Shown here one piece after another: positions 63,716 to 64,000 of a stretch of DNA of 64,000 nucleotides. Position 1 is the stretch's first letter. The number at the start of each line of letters is the position of its first letter. The notes beneath the pieces were generated by a model that was given only the letters and a program-made list of their open reading frames with translations, was not told the DNA's origin and did no database searches. Made by a program: the position numbers and the translations under genes. This DNA is from Thermodesulfobacteriota bacterium (GTDB taxonomy: Bacteria > Desulfobacterota_D > UBA1144 > Nemesobacterales > JAJCZQ01): NCBI GenBank assembly GCA_965215275.1, contig OZ244044.1:256001-320000 (forward strand), given 5' to 3'.

Positions 63716-64000
63716 GTAACTACAATGTCAGGTTCATCCCCCCCCCCATCAATGCAGTAGTCCAGTAAGCAGTTCCTGCTGTAACGGCAGACGGTTCATA
63801 TTTCCCTTTGTCTTTTTTCTTCTGTGCATAATGGTAATAGCTGCAAAAGGGCAGAGCAGTCTGGAAAAAACATTATCTGAATGCAGAGGTATCAGTGCAG
63901 ACACAGAAGATCCGTTATACGGATGTCAGTGGCATCTGAAGAACACTGGGCAGCTTAGTTTTTCCGGAAAGGCAGTAACAGCAGGAGAAGATATAAACAT
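63647..64000 (+). CDS. Paralog 4, 5' part only; frameshifted at the second tract (C10)
   Basis: The downstream frame reads RRFIFPFVFFLLCIMVIAAKG...DPLYGCQWHLKNTG...AGEDIN, homologous to the other paralogs. The ATG 63647/63725 frame stops at TAG 63758 unless the tract is C9 or C12. Confidence 0.8.
63664..63674 (+). repeat. First tract of paralog 4 (C11)
   Basis: Counted directly. Confidence 0.95.
63738..63747 (+). repeat. Second tract of paralog 4 (C10)
   Basis: Counted directly. Confidence 0.95.

Noticed and set aside
1..64000. CRISPR array, DGR or retron as the source of diversity
   Set aside because: No regularly spaced repeat-spacer array, no reverse transcriptase ORF, and paralog differences are not adenine-specific

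Overview
A 64-kb bacterial chromosome segment. Housekeeping blocks of moderate GC content are interrupted by AT-rich accessory patches. The housekeeping content is tkt-pgi-rpiA, an Aap/Bzt amino-acid ABC transporter, folM-like/folB/folK/hpt, pepF, npdG, an M42 peptidase, lepA, aat, an alternative complex III actABCDEF operon, bioD, bcp, SufT/Mrp/DnaJ-like genes, hldE and mtnP. The accessory patches hold a DpnII-type R-M locus with a dead dam, tRNA-Pro(GGG), an ApeA-type HEPN gene, IS1595 and methyltransferase remnants, and phage head remnants. The main signal is a family of four paralogous kexin/furin-like S8 surface proteins, the fourth cut off by the window end. In the three complete copies the catalytic triad is mutated, the loops vary between copies and the C-terminus is a GGGGC-TM-basic sorting tail; accessory domain counts differ across the family. 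All four share a near-leaderless promoter-ATG-poly(C) cassette, and all four are frameshifted exactly at a C9-C10 tract in the signal-peptide region. A lipoprotein gene is frameshifted the same way at a G11 tract. This reads as a slipped-strand phase-variation repertoire of pseudo-protease surface proteins, arranged as two divergent pairs. A second oddity is an AT-rich in-frame insertion of about 150 aa in ActB. All family assignments come from motif recognition by eye; no searches were run.
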